Positions 19,652-27,827 of a stretch of DNA of 64,000 bases are shown here, piece after piece. Positions within the stretch are counted from its first letter, which is position 1. Every line of letters begins with the position of its first letter. Below the pieces are notes generated by a model. The model was given only the letters and a program-made list of their open reading frames with translations, made no database searches and was not told the origin of the DNA. Location of the stretch: NCBI GenBank assembly GCA_047689515.1, contig JBEWQA010000004.1, positions 157 to 64,156 on the forward strand, read 5' to 3'. Made by a program: the position numbers and the translations under genes. Source of the stretch: Candidatus Sulfurimonas kebritensis. GTDB taxonomy: Bacteria; Campylobacterota; Campylobacteria; Campylobacterales; Sulfurimonadaceae.

Positions 19652-21877
19652 ATGAAAAATATCTCTAAAAAACGATTAAGACTCGATATTGCCGGAGTGG
19701 TGCAAGGTGTCGGGTTTCGCCCTTTTGTATATCAATTAGCACTTGAACACTCTTTAGCCGGATATGTATTAAATAACGGTGAGGGTGTTGTTATAGAGGT
19801 TGAAGGACTAGATAGTTCTATAGAGAATTTTTTAGAAGAGCTGCAGGAGAAACAACCTCCGCTCTCTCGAATAGATACTATAGATATACAAACTCTTGAG
19901 TTCCAAAACACACAAGATTTTTCAATTCTCCGTTCAAAAGAGACAGATGCCACCGCAATGCTCTCGCCAGATATTGCAATATGCCAAGATTGTGCCGATG
20001 AGATGAACGATCCCACAAATAGACGTTATAAGTACCCCTTTATCAACTGCACAAACTGCGGCCCGAGATACACCATCGTAAACGCTTTGCCCTATGATCG
20101 CAAAAATACCTCAATGCAAAGTTTTGAGATGTGTGAGGCGTGTCAAAAGGAGTATAACGATCCCACAAACCGCCGTTTTCATGCACAGCCGATCTCCTGT
20201 TTTGATTGCGGACCTGCATTAAACCTCTCGATCGATGCATTTGTGGAGCATATCAACGATGGCAAGATCGTAGCTCTAAAGGGGATTGGGGGCTTTCACA
20301 TTATCTGTGATGCTACAAACGATCAAGCACTCAAGCAACTCCGAGAACAGAAGAGGCGTCCGAGTAAACCTTTTGCGGTGATGTTTTCAACTCTTGAAGC
20401 GATCAAAAAGGTGGCGGATCTCAGCGAAAAAGATGAGGAACTGATCCTCTCAAAAGAGCGTCCCGTAGTTATAGTGGCTAAAAAAGAGAACAGCTTTTTA
20501 TCCGAACTTATAGCGCCAAACATAGACAGAATAGGTGTCTTTTTACCATACACCCCTTTGCATCTGCTCCTTTTAGAACAGCTTGACAGGCCTATAGTTG
20601 CCACAAGTGCAAACTTGGGGGATGAGCCGATCATCACTCATGAAGAGGAGCTGTTTAAAAAACTTCCCTTTATAGCTGAGGCACTCTCACACGATCGGGA
20701 GATACTTAATGCCTGTGATGACAGTGTGGTTTGCAGTGTCGCAAACAAGCAGGTGTTTTTACGACATGCCCGTGGATTTGCACCACAGAGTTTTCATCAA
20801 AAAAGAAAAACTGCTAAAAAAGTACTTGCACTCGGGGCACATCAAAAAAGCACCGTTACCCTCGCATTTGAAAACACTATGGTCCTCTCTCCCCATATCG
20901 GCGATTTGAATTCACTGGAAGCTTTTGAGTACTTTTTGCGAACTTTAGATACATTTGAGAGAGTGTATGACTTTAAACCCGACATCATTGTGTGTGACAA
21001 ACATCCAAACTATGAAACTACCAAATGGGCCAAGAGTTATATTGTTAAGCATAAAGGGGTGGAGCTGATCGAGGTGCAGCACCATTATGCACATGCACTG
21101 GCGTGTATGGCTGAGCATAATTTGGAGGAGGAGGCTTTAGCTTTTTGTTTTGACGGTACAGGATACGGAGATGACACTACTTTGTGGGGCGGTGAAGTAC
21201 TTCGTGTAACGCCAAATAAGTACAAGCGGCTTTATCATCTTCAGGAGTTCTCACTCTTGGGGGGAGAAAAAGCGGTAAAAGAGCCTAAGCGTATCGCTTT
21301 GTCTCTGCTTTTTGAGTGTTATAGCAAAGAGGAAATTGTGCAGATGGACAATGGGGTCGTAAACTCTTTTTCCAAAAAGGAGATAGAAAATTATCATCTC
21401 ATCCACACAAAACAACTCAACTCCCCTAGAAGCAGTTCGATCGGGAGACTTTTTGACGGCGTTTATGCTTTGAGTGGTAATCTTCAAGAGTTAAGTTATG
21501 AGGGTGAAAGCGGGCTGATCGTAGAGCGATATGCACAAGAGCATAGAAGTGGGGAGAGTTATTCGTATACAATCAATGATGATGTTATAGAGTTTAAAGA
21601 GATGGTTGCAGAGATTTTAAACGAAAAAGAGCACTCTGTGATCGCATCAAAGTTTATAAATACACTTGCAGAGATAGTGCTTACGATCGCACTCAAACAT
21701 CAGGAACTTCCTGTAATACTAAGCGGCGGTGTGTTTCAAAACAAAACTTTGCTTGAAAAAATTGTTGCGCTATTTGAGCAAAACAGTATACGCTACTATT
21801 TTCAAACCAAAACAGCGATCAATGACGGCGGTATATCTTTTGGGCAGGCATATTATGCATTACACAGAGAAAAATAA
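19652..21877 (+). CDS. hypF: [NiFe]-hydrogenase maturation carbamoyltransferase HypF
   Basis: Acylphosphatase N-terminus (GVVQGVGFRPFVY), two CxxC-x18-CxxC zinc fingers, YrdC-like and Kae1-like domains. Confidence 0.95.
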   Translation: MKNISKKRLRLDIAGVVQGVGFRPFVYQLALEHSLAGYVLNNGEGVVIEVEGLDSSIENFLEELQEKQPPLSRIDTIDIQTLEFQNTQDFSILRSKETDATAMLSPDIAICQDCADEMNDPTNRRYKYPFINCTNCGPRYTIVNALPYDRKNTSMQSFEMCEACQKEYNDPTNRRFHAQPISCFDCGPALNLSIDAFVEHINDGKIVALKGIGGFHIICDATNDQALKQLREQKRRPSKPFAVMFSTLEAIKKVADLSEKDEELILSKERPVVIVAKKENSFLSELIAPNIDRIGVFLPYTPLHLLLLEQLDRPIVATSANLGDEPIITHEEELFKKLPFIAEALSHDREILNACDDSVVCSVANKQVFLRHARGFAPQSFHQKRKTAKKVLALGAHQKSTVTLAFENTMVLSPHIGDLNSLEAFEYFLRTLDTFERVYDFKPDIIVCDKHPNYETTKWAKSYIVKHKGVELIEVQHHYAHALACMAEHNLEEEALAFCFDGTGYGDDTTLWGGEVLRVTPNKYKRLYHLQEFSLLGGEKAVKEPKRIALSLLFECYSKEEIVQMDNGVVNSFSKKEIENYHLIHTKQLNSPRSSSIGRLFDGVYALSGNLQELSYEGESGLIVERYAQEHRSGESYSYTINDDVIEFKEMVAEILNEKEHSVIASKFINTLAEIVLTIALKHQELPVILSGGVFQNKTLLEKIVALFEQNSIRYYFQTKTAINDGGISFGQAYYALHREK

Positions 21878-21878
21878 G

Positions 21879-22412
21879 ATGAAAAAAAAAGTTGCACTGA
21901 TCGGTTCGGGAAATATCCTTTTTAAAGATGAAGGCTTAGGTGTTTATATAGTAGAGTATATAGAAAAGAACTACGATTTTTCTGCACCTGTAGATATTAT
22001 AGAGGGTGGCAGTTTAGGGCTTAGGCTGATGGAGCTGCTTCAAGAGTATGAGGAGGTGATCATCGTCAACACCGCTTCGGAGAAAAACAGAGTCCCGGGA
22101 GAGATCATTGTTAAGACGACCGAACAGTTTTTAGAGGGGGAGCAAGTCAAAAAGACAGCAGGTGAAGTGGAGATCGCCGAGATGCTGCAAGTATGTTCAC
22201 TAGAGGGCAATTCAGCTAAAACAACAGTTGTAAGCATAGTCCCCAACGATATCCTCTCGGTAGAGGCGGGAGTAAGTGAGGTGCTAAGAGAGGAGTGGGA
22301 AAAGTATATCCAAACACTGCTCGAGCAACTTGAATCGCTTGGTGTTGCAGCAGAGCAAAGAGAAAATTGTATAGAATTAGATGAGATAGTAAAGAGTTTA
22401 TTTAATTCTTGA
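21879..22412 (+). CDS. Hydrogenase maturation endopeptidase paralog (HybD/HyaD fold) lacking conserved metal ligands
   Basis: GNILFKDEGLG N-terminus. The Asp62-equivalent is Asn (IIVNTAS) and the protein contains no histidine. The ORF track extends to 21729 inside hypF; ATG 21879 follows 1 nt after the hypF stop. Confidence 0.75.
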   Translation: MKKKVALIGSGNILFKDEGLGVYIVEYIEKNYDFSAPVDIIEGGSLGLRLMELLQEYEEVIIVNTASEKNRVPGEIIVKTTEQFLEGEQVKKTAGEVEIAEMLQVCSLEGNSAKTTVVSIVPNDILSVEAGVSEVLREEWEKYIQTLLEQLESLGVAAEQRENCIELDEIVKSLFNS

Positions 22413-22450
22413 TACAATATTAGGAATGGTTATAACAAAAGGGGTGTATT

Positions 22451-24877
22451 ATGAGAGTTGTTATTATCGGTGCGGGGATCGCAGGTGCTCATATAGCAAA
22501 CAAGTTAATCCAAGAGGATATCTCCCTTGATATAGTGCTTTTAAGCGATGAGGCATACCCCTCATATGACAGGATCCATCTATGCCGTTTGATAGAGGAG
22601 TCTGATGATCTTAACGATATAAAAATCTCACTCCACCCCAAAATAAAACTCGAACTCCGCCAAAAAATCACGACGCTTGATCGAGAAAACAAACGGGTTA
22701 TGACACAAGATGCGATGTATGGTTACGACAAGCTGATCATCGCTACAGGCTCTACTCCGATCACACTTTTTGATATAGAGGAGATTGCAAACGCCGCTGT
22801 TTTTAGAAGTGCGAGTGACTGTAAAAAGATCCACGATGGTGTTGCAGGCAGAGAACCGGTCATAGTAGGAGCAGGCCCCATAGCCCTGGAGCTTCTCGAT
22901 ACACTCAATGAGATGCCGGATGTAAAGCATGTCACACTTCTTGTACGCTCCAAAGCGCTTTACAGCAAAGACCTCTCAATCGATGCTATCAAAACCATAG
23001 AGGAGTCATATACCGAAAAAGGGAAGATCTCGATATCTTACGAGGATGAGATCGTAGATAAAACTATTCAAAACTCTGAGATAACTTCACTCCAAACCAA
23101 AAAATTAACAATCGAAAACCCTTTTGTGATCTTTGGAGTAGGGATCCGACCAAATATAGATATATTTCGGGATGTATTGCGGGCAAATAAAGGGCTGCTT
23201 ACAAACAACTTTATGCAAACCGAAGATGAAGATATCTATGCGGTGGGGGAGTGTGCCGAAGTGGAAGAGTTTAACTTTGTAGCGGGTCATGTAAAGGCGT
23301 GTACACTGCAGGCTGACTGTGCAATCGCTCACATCTTAAACCTGGAGAAAAAAGAGTTTACCCGTGAGATAGATATAGATATGCTTAAAGTTGGGAATTT
23401 CGATCTTATAGAGGTACGATCCCCTGACTTTTCGAGTGAATATGAAAAGGTTTTGATTACCTCCAAAAAAGAGAATCGGATCGATGAATATTTTTTAAAT
23501 AACGACAAACTGACCCGCTTTATAGGGATCAACTCCAATGTAGATGTAGGTTACCTTGAAAACTTGATGCAAAACGGCGAGAAAGTAGATGTGAACTATC
23601 TCTATGAAAACAGAGTTGTCGGTGAGCGGGGGAGACTTGTATGCAGCTGTGAGCATGTGTATCATCAAGACCTTGTAGATATAGTTACACAAAGCGGTAT
23701 CGGCTCCTTTTCTGAACTGGCAGATTTTTCCCAGGCGGGTCGTGTATGTGGAAAATGTAAGCTGATGGTTGAAGATATCATCAAAGATTCACAAGAGCTC
23801 ATAGACCCAAATATGGTGAAAAAAACCCCTGAAGAGATAGAACGCGAAAAAGAGATCGCAGCTGTGCAAAAGCGCATAGACAAGTTTAATACGCTGCACC
23901 CGAGAAACAATTTAGATGCAGAGAATCTAGAGAATGCCTTGGAATCTTTAGAGATCGAAAAGCATAAAGTCAACAGCTGGATCTCTATGATCACGGCAAA
24001 TATGCAGCTGCACCCTAACTTTGAAGGTGCAGTCAAAAAGGGGATCGAAACACTGAACCGTGTACCGATCATATGGCTGGAGTTAGCTGACTGCAGTGGA
24101 AATTCAGAGGCTTTTATAAAGTCGGAAAACCCTGCGATTGAGGAGCTGATATTTGACTATATTTCGCTTGATTATCATGAGCTTTTGATGACTCCAAGCG
24201 GGGATCAAAGTGAGACAGTCTTAGAAGATATCGTTAAAAACCAAAAAGGGGAGTATGTCCTCATTGTCGAGGGTGCTGTGCCTCTTGCGATGGATGGAAA
24301 GTATCTGCGGATCGGTCCAAAAGGTGAGACAGGTTTGGAGCTGCTGCAAAAAACAGCCAAAGATGCCGCACTCATTATGGCCGTGGGAAGCTGTGCGTTT
24401 GACGGGGGTGTGGTAGCTGCCGCACCAAATCCTACGGGAGCCGTTGGTGTGGCTGAAGCTCTGGGGCGTGATGATGTTATCAATATCCCCGGTTGTCCGA
24501 CAAACCCTGTCAACATCGTGGGAACACTGCTTTCGTACCTGATGTTTGAGGAACTGCCGCCGCTTGACGACTATAACAGACCTCTGTGGGCGTATGAGGG
24601 AAGAATTCATGACAACTGTGAGAGACGCGGACACTACGAACTTGGAGAGTTTGTAAAAGAGTGGGGTGACGAGGGTGCCAAAAAAGGGTACTGCCTCTTT
24701 GAGATGGGGTGTAAAGGTCCCTATGCAAATGCAAACTGTCCTACTATGAAATTTAACGGCGGAACCAGCTGGCCGGTTCAAGCGGGTCACGGTTGTATGG
24801 GGTGTGTAGAGGCAGGCTTTTTTGATAAGTTTGCGACTGAGAGAAAGTATGAAGAGGAAGTAGAAAATGAGTCTTAA
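22451..24877 (+). CDS. Fusion protein: NirB-like FAD/NAD(P)H oxidoreductase + BFD-like [2Fe-2S] domain + [NiFe]-hydrogenase small subunit (no Tat signal)
   Basis: VVIIGAGIAGA, VIVGAGPIALE and AVGECAE (aa 1-300). CSCEHV...GRVCGKCK (aa 398-436). Small-subunit ligands C548, C648, C682, H720, C723, C748, C754, C763, C782, C785 with D. gigas-like spacing. Confidence 0.85.
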   Translation: MRVVIIGAGIAGAHIANKLIQEDISLDIVLLSDEAYPSYDRIHLCRLIEESDDLNDIKISLHPKIKLELRQKITTLDRENKRVMTQDAMYGYDKLIIATGSTPITLFDIEEIANAAVFRSASDCKKIHDGVAGREPVIVGAGPIALELLDTLNEMPDVKHVTLLVRSKALYSKDLSIDAIKTIEESYTEKGKISISYEDEIVDKTIQNSEITSLQTKKLTIENPFVIFGVGIRPNIDIFRDVLRANKGLLTNNFMQTEDEDIYAVGECAEVEEFNFVAGHVKACTLQADCAIAHILNLEKKEFTREIDIDMLKVGNFDLIEVRSPDFSSEYEKVLITSKKENRIDEYFLNNDKLTRFIGINSNVDVGYLENLMQNGEKVDVNYLYENRVVGERGRLVCSCEHVYHQDLVDIVTQSGIGSFSELADFSQAGRVCGKCKLMVEDIIKDSQELIDPNMVKKTPEEIEREKEIAAVQKRIDKFNTLHPRNNLDAENLENALESLEIEKHKVNSWISMITANMQLHPNFEGAVKKGIETLNRVPIIWLELADCSGNSEAFIKSENPAIEELIFDYISLDYHELLMTPSGDQSETVLEDIVKNQKGEYVLIVEGAVPLAMDGKYLRIGPKGETGLELLQKTAKDAALIMAVGSCAFDGGVVAAAPNPTGAVGVAEALGRDDVINIPGCPTNPVNIVGTLLSYLMFEELPPLDDYNRPLWAYEGRIHDNCERRGHYELGEFVKEWGDEGAKKGYCLFEMGCKGPYANANCPTMKFNGGTSWPVQAGHGCMGCVEAGFFDKFATERKYEEEVENES

Positions 24878-26549
24878 AAAAATTGTTATCGATCCCATTA
24901 CGAGAATAGAGGGGCATCTGCGCATAGAGGTTGAGGTGGATGACAATAATGTAGTCCAAGATGCATGGGCGAGCGGACAGCTTTTTCGGGGCATTGAGAC
25001 GATCCTTAAAAACCGCGATCCAAGAGATGCAGGACTCTTGGCGGGTCGTATTTGCGGGGTGTGTACCAACTCCCATTTTCGCGGAGCTATCACTTGTGTA
25101 GAGGATGCATACAACCTTGAGATCCCTAAAAATGCGGAGATCATTCGTGATCTTATGGCTATGGCGCTTTTCATTCAGGACCACGTAGTGCACTTTTACC
25201 ATCTGCACTCACTAGACTATGTGGACGTAACGAGTGCTTTGAAAGCTGATCCGAAAATGACCTCAAAAGAGGCGCACAAGTACCATGAACAACCTTTTAG
25301 AAATTCCCATTCCCATTATGAAGAGACCCTTAAAAAGTTGGAGAACTTTGTCAAAAGCGGCAAGCTCGGCCCCTTTGCTAACGGCTACTGGGGGCATGGG
25401 GCATACAAGCTCACTTCGGAGCAGAACCTGCTTATGATCTCTCATTACCTTGAAGCGCTCAAGTTCCAAACCAAAATCTCCAAAGCGGTAGCGATCTTCG
25501 GTGCAAAAACTCCCCACCCGCAAACGCTTGTAGTGGGCGGAGTGACAAGTGTCGCAGATATGCTTAACCCGCAAAGAGTCAATGACTACCTTTTCATCAT
25601 GAAAGAGGCTAGAGAGTTTATACAGCGTGCCTATCTTCCCGATACAAAACTGCTTGCAAAAGCGTACCGCGAAGAGATAAAAGCGGGAATCGGAAGAGCC
25701 AACGGCAACTATATGTCCTCGGGCGGATACGAGTTTGAAGGGGAGCAAAAGCTCTTTAGTGAGGGGGTGATCTATAACCATGATTTTGAGAATGTCCAAG
25801 AGTTCGATCCCACAAAAGTTTCGGAGAAGGTGGATCGGGCATGGTTCAATGAAAACAGTGACGAAGAGGAGATAAACTACACCGACTTAAACAGCGACGG
25901 CACTTTGAAAACGGCAAAAAATGATGACAAATACTCATGGATTAAAGCGCCGCGCTATGAGGAGCAGACGATGGAAACAGGTCCGCTTGCCAGACTGCTG
26001 ATAAACTACTCAAAAAAGAATCCTCTTATCACTTCGTTTGTGGATGAGTTTTTGAAAGATACCGATCTTGAGCTCATCGATCTGTGTACATCTGTAGGAA
26101 GAAATGCCGCTCGGGCTATAGAGAGCAGTTATGTGTGTGAGTATATCTTCAAAATTGTCTCGGAACTGCTGCAAAATATAAAGTATTACGATACCGAAAC
26201 ATGGACGCAGTACAGCTTTGAGGCCTTAGAGAGTGAGACTCAAGGGAGGGCTTTTTTAGAGGTGCCAAGGGGAACACTTTCGCACTTTATAAACATAAAA
26301 GACGCGAAAATAGAGAACTACTCAGTGATCGCCCCGACAACATGGAACGCCACACCGAAAAACTTTGACGGGCTTCGAGGTGCTTATGAAGAGGGACTGA
26401 TAGGCGTAAAGATAGAGGACAGAGAAAAACCGTTGGAGGTTTTACGGGTGATCCACTCTTTTGACCCATGTCTAGCGTGTGCAGTGCATGTTATAGATGC
26501 AAAAGGGAAGGAGCTTGGAAGGTATAAGATCGCTACAGTGATGAGCTAG
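24867..26549 (+). CDS. [NiFe]-hydrogenase large subunit
   Basis: RIEGH, RICGVC (C63/C66), C-terminal DPCLACAVH (C535/C538/H541) followed by a 19-aa cleavable extension. 11-nt overlap with the small-subunit fusion gene. Confidence 0.95.
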   Translation: MSLKKIVIDPITRIEGHLRIEVEVDDNNVVQDAWASGQLFRGIETILKNRDPRDAGLLAGRICGVCTNSHFRGAITCVEDAYNLEIPKNAEIIRDLMAMALFIQDHVVHFYHLHSLDYVDVTSALKADPKMTSKEAHKYHEQPFRNSHSHYEETLKKLENFVKSGKLGPFANGYWGHGAYKLTSEQNLLMISHYLEALKFQTKISKAVAIFGAKTPHPQTLVVGGVTSVADMLNPQRVNDYLFIMKEAREFIQRAYLPDTKLLAKAYREEIKAGIGRANGNYMSSGGYEFEGEQKLFSEGVIYNHDFENVQEFDPTKVSEKVDRAWFNENSDEEEINYTDLNSDGTLKTAKNDDKYSWIKAPRYEEQTMETGPLARLLINYSKKNPLITSFVDEFLKDTDLELIDLCTSVGRNAARAIESSYVCEYIFKIVSELLQNIKYYDTETWTQYSFEALESETQGRAFLEVPRGTLSHFINIKDAKIENYSVIAPTTWNATPKNFDGLRGAYEEGLIGVKIEDREKPLEVLRVIHSFDPCLACAVHVIDAKGKELGRYKIATVMS

Positions 26550-27072
26550 GGTTATTAAACTTCTCGATCACATCGTTAAGAGATATAGCTGTATCATTTT
26601 TCGTAGCTGTTATATCTGACTCTTTTAAAATGCCAAGAAGTGTTTTTATGTACGTTTCAAATTGTGCGTGCAGTGTGTCGCTCAGACCTATCTCCATCTC
26701 GATCCTCTTGGGAACTATCCCTAGTACACTTGACTTGGGCAGCTCTTTTCCCATAAGCTCCAGGATCTCAAGACATTGCAAAGCACCTACAGCATGTGCA
26801 TCAGCGGAGTTGACTCCAAAGCCGTTTAACTCTTCTGCGGGGATATGGTAGATCGCCCCCGCTTCATCTTCGAGAGCAATAGTATCGAGAATGATAATGT
26901 GTTTATACTCGCTAAAGACATTGAGCAGATCCATCCCCTCGATACCGCCGTTGATGATATCTATGTTTGGAGAGAAGGTGTAATTGCTTTTTAGGTACTG
27001 CGTAGCATAAACGGCGATGCCGTCATCTTTTTGCAGAATATTTCCAACACCTAAAACGGCAAACTCTTTCAT
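26533..27072 (-). CDS. Hydrogenase maturation endopeptidase (canonical HybD/HyaD type)
   Basis: GNILQKDDGIA (D17), IIILDTI (D63), SADAHAVG (H93), corresponding to the HybD Glu16/Asp62/His93 triad. Confidence 0.85.
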   Translation of the reverse strand: MKEFAVLGVGNILQKDDGIAVYATQYLKSNYTFSPNIDIINGGIEGMDLLNVFSEYKHIIILDTIALEDEAGAIYHIPAEELNGFGVNSADAHAVGALQCLEILELMGKELPKSSVLGIVPKRIEMEIGLSDTLHAQFETYIKTLLGILKESDITATKNDTAISLNDVIEKFNNPSSSL

Positions 27073-27108
27073 GGATATTCCTCTGCTTTTATCTTGCTTT
27101 TACGTAAT

Positions 27109-27142
27109 GTAATATAAAATCATTTAAAATTAGATATATTAC
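27109..27142. promoter_or_regulatory. Candidate operator dyad GTAATATA-N18-TATATTAC between the hydrogenase protease and the nickel transporter/hypB operon
   Basis: Perfect 8-nt inverted arms read directly in the 89-nt divergent intergenic region. The AT-rich context raises the odds of a chance match. Confidence 0.25.
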
Positions 27143-27164
27143 TCCCCGTTATAAGGACTGTTTG

Positions 27165-27806
27165 ATGGAAACTGCTTATTTATTAATGCTTTGGTATGGT
27201 GTTTTGCATGCATTTGGACCAGATCACTTGACTGCCATAGCTGATTTTTCCATTGGAAAGTCTATGAAGAAAACGATGATAATCACTGTCATGTTTGCCT
27301 TTGGGCACGGGATTACACTGTTTGTATTTGCAAAAATATTACAAACCTACAACTTACCAGAAAACATCACCGGTTATGGGGATATAATAGCGTCAAGTGT
27401 CATCATAGGTATGGGTCTGTACCTTTTGTATATGGTCCTAGCAGATAAAATACACCTAAACAAACACGTACACGACGACAAAGAGCATATCCACATCTAC
27501 TTTGGCAAAGAGCACTCCCATAACAGCTCGTACGCTTCAACATCTGCATGGACGATGGGAGCGCTTATGGGGATAGGCGGTGTTCGCGGAATGCTTGTAA
27601 CCCTTGGAGTGTTAGAGAACCAAGTGATAGACTTCTCTATGGTGCTAGCTTTTGTACTGGGCGTGAGTATAATTTTTGTAAGTTTCGGTGCGGTGATTTT
27701 ATATATAAACAAAGAGTTTTTGACAAATCAAACAGATGTAAGAAGAGTGTTTGCAAGCGCGGGAATCATTTCGGTGGCAGTTGGTGCAAATATGCTTTTG
27801 GCATAA
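27165..27806 (+). CDS. Nickel/cobalt transporter (NicO/UreH-like) with a His-rich loop
   Basis: HAFGPDHLTAI signature in TM1. About 6 TM helices. Central loop NKHVHDDKEHIHIYFGKEHSH. Location directly upstream of hypB. The ORF opens at TTG 27162. Confidence 0.7.
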   Translation: METAYLLMLWYGVLHAFGPDHLTAIADFSIGKSMKKTMIITVMFAFGHGITLFVFAKILQTYNLPENITGYGDIIASSVIIGMGLYLLYMVLADKIHLNKHVHDDKEHIHIYFGKEHSHNSSYASTSAWTMGALMGIGGVRGMLVTLGVLENQVIDFSMVLAFVLGVSIIFVSFGAVILYINKEFLTNQTDVRRVFASAGIISVAVGANMLLA

Positions 27807-27827
27807 AAATTTAAAAGGATAATACAT

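Noticed and set aside
21729-21878. 50-codon N-terminal extension of the protease-paralog ORF in the track (start 21729)
   Set aside because: The extension lies wholly inside hypF in another frame. ATG 21879 gives the canonical MKKKVALIGSGN protease N-terminus 1 nt after the hypF stop.
22413-22450. Sigma-54 (-24 GG / -12 GC) promoter upstream of the hydrogenase fusion gene, and similarly upstream of flgA and hypF, considered because rpoN is in the window
   Set aside because: I could not find a TGGCAC-N5-TTGC-like element with correct spacing in these short gaps. They contain only AT-rich, sigma-70-like TATAAT/TACAAT hexamers.
24221-25174. 317-aa minus-strand ORF (plus nested 24205-24516, 24510-24734 and 24753-25208) antisense to the hydrogenase small/large subunit junction
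   Set aside because: It is completely overlapped by two genes with unambiguous catalytic motifs. Its translation is Ser/Arg/Leu-rich with no motif, no RBS and no partner genes. This is typical of an antisense frame left open by codon bias.
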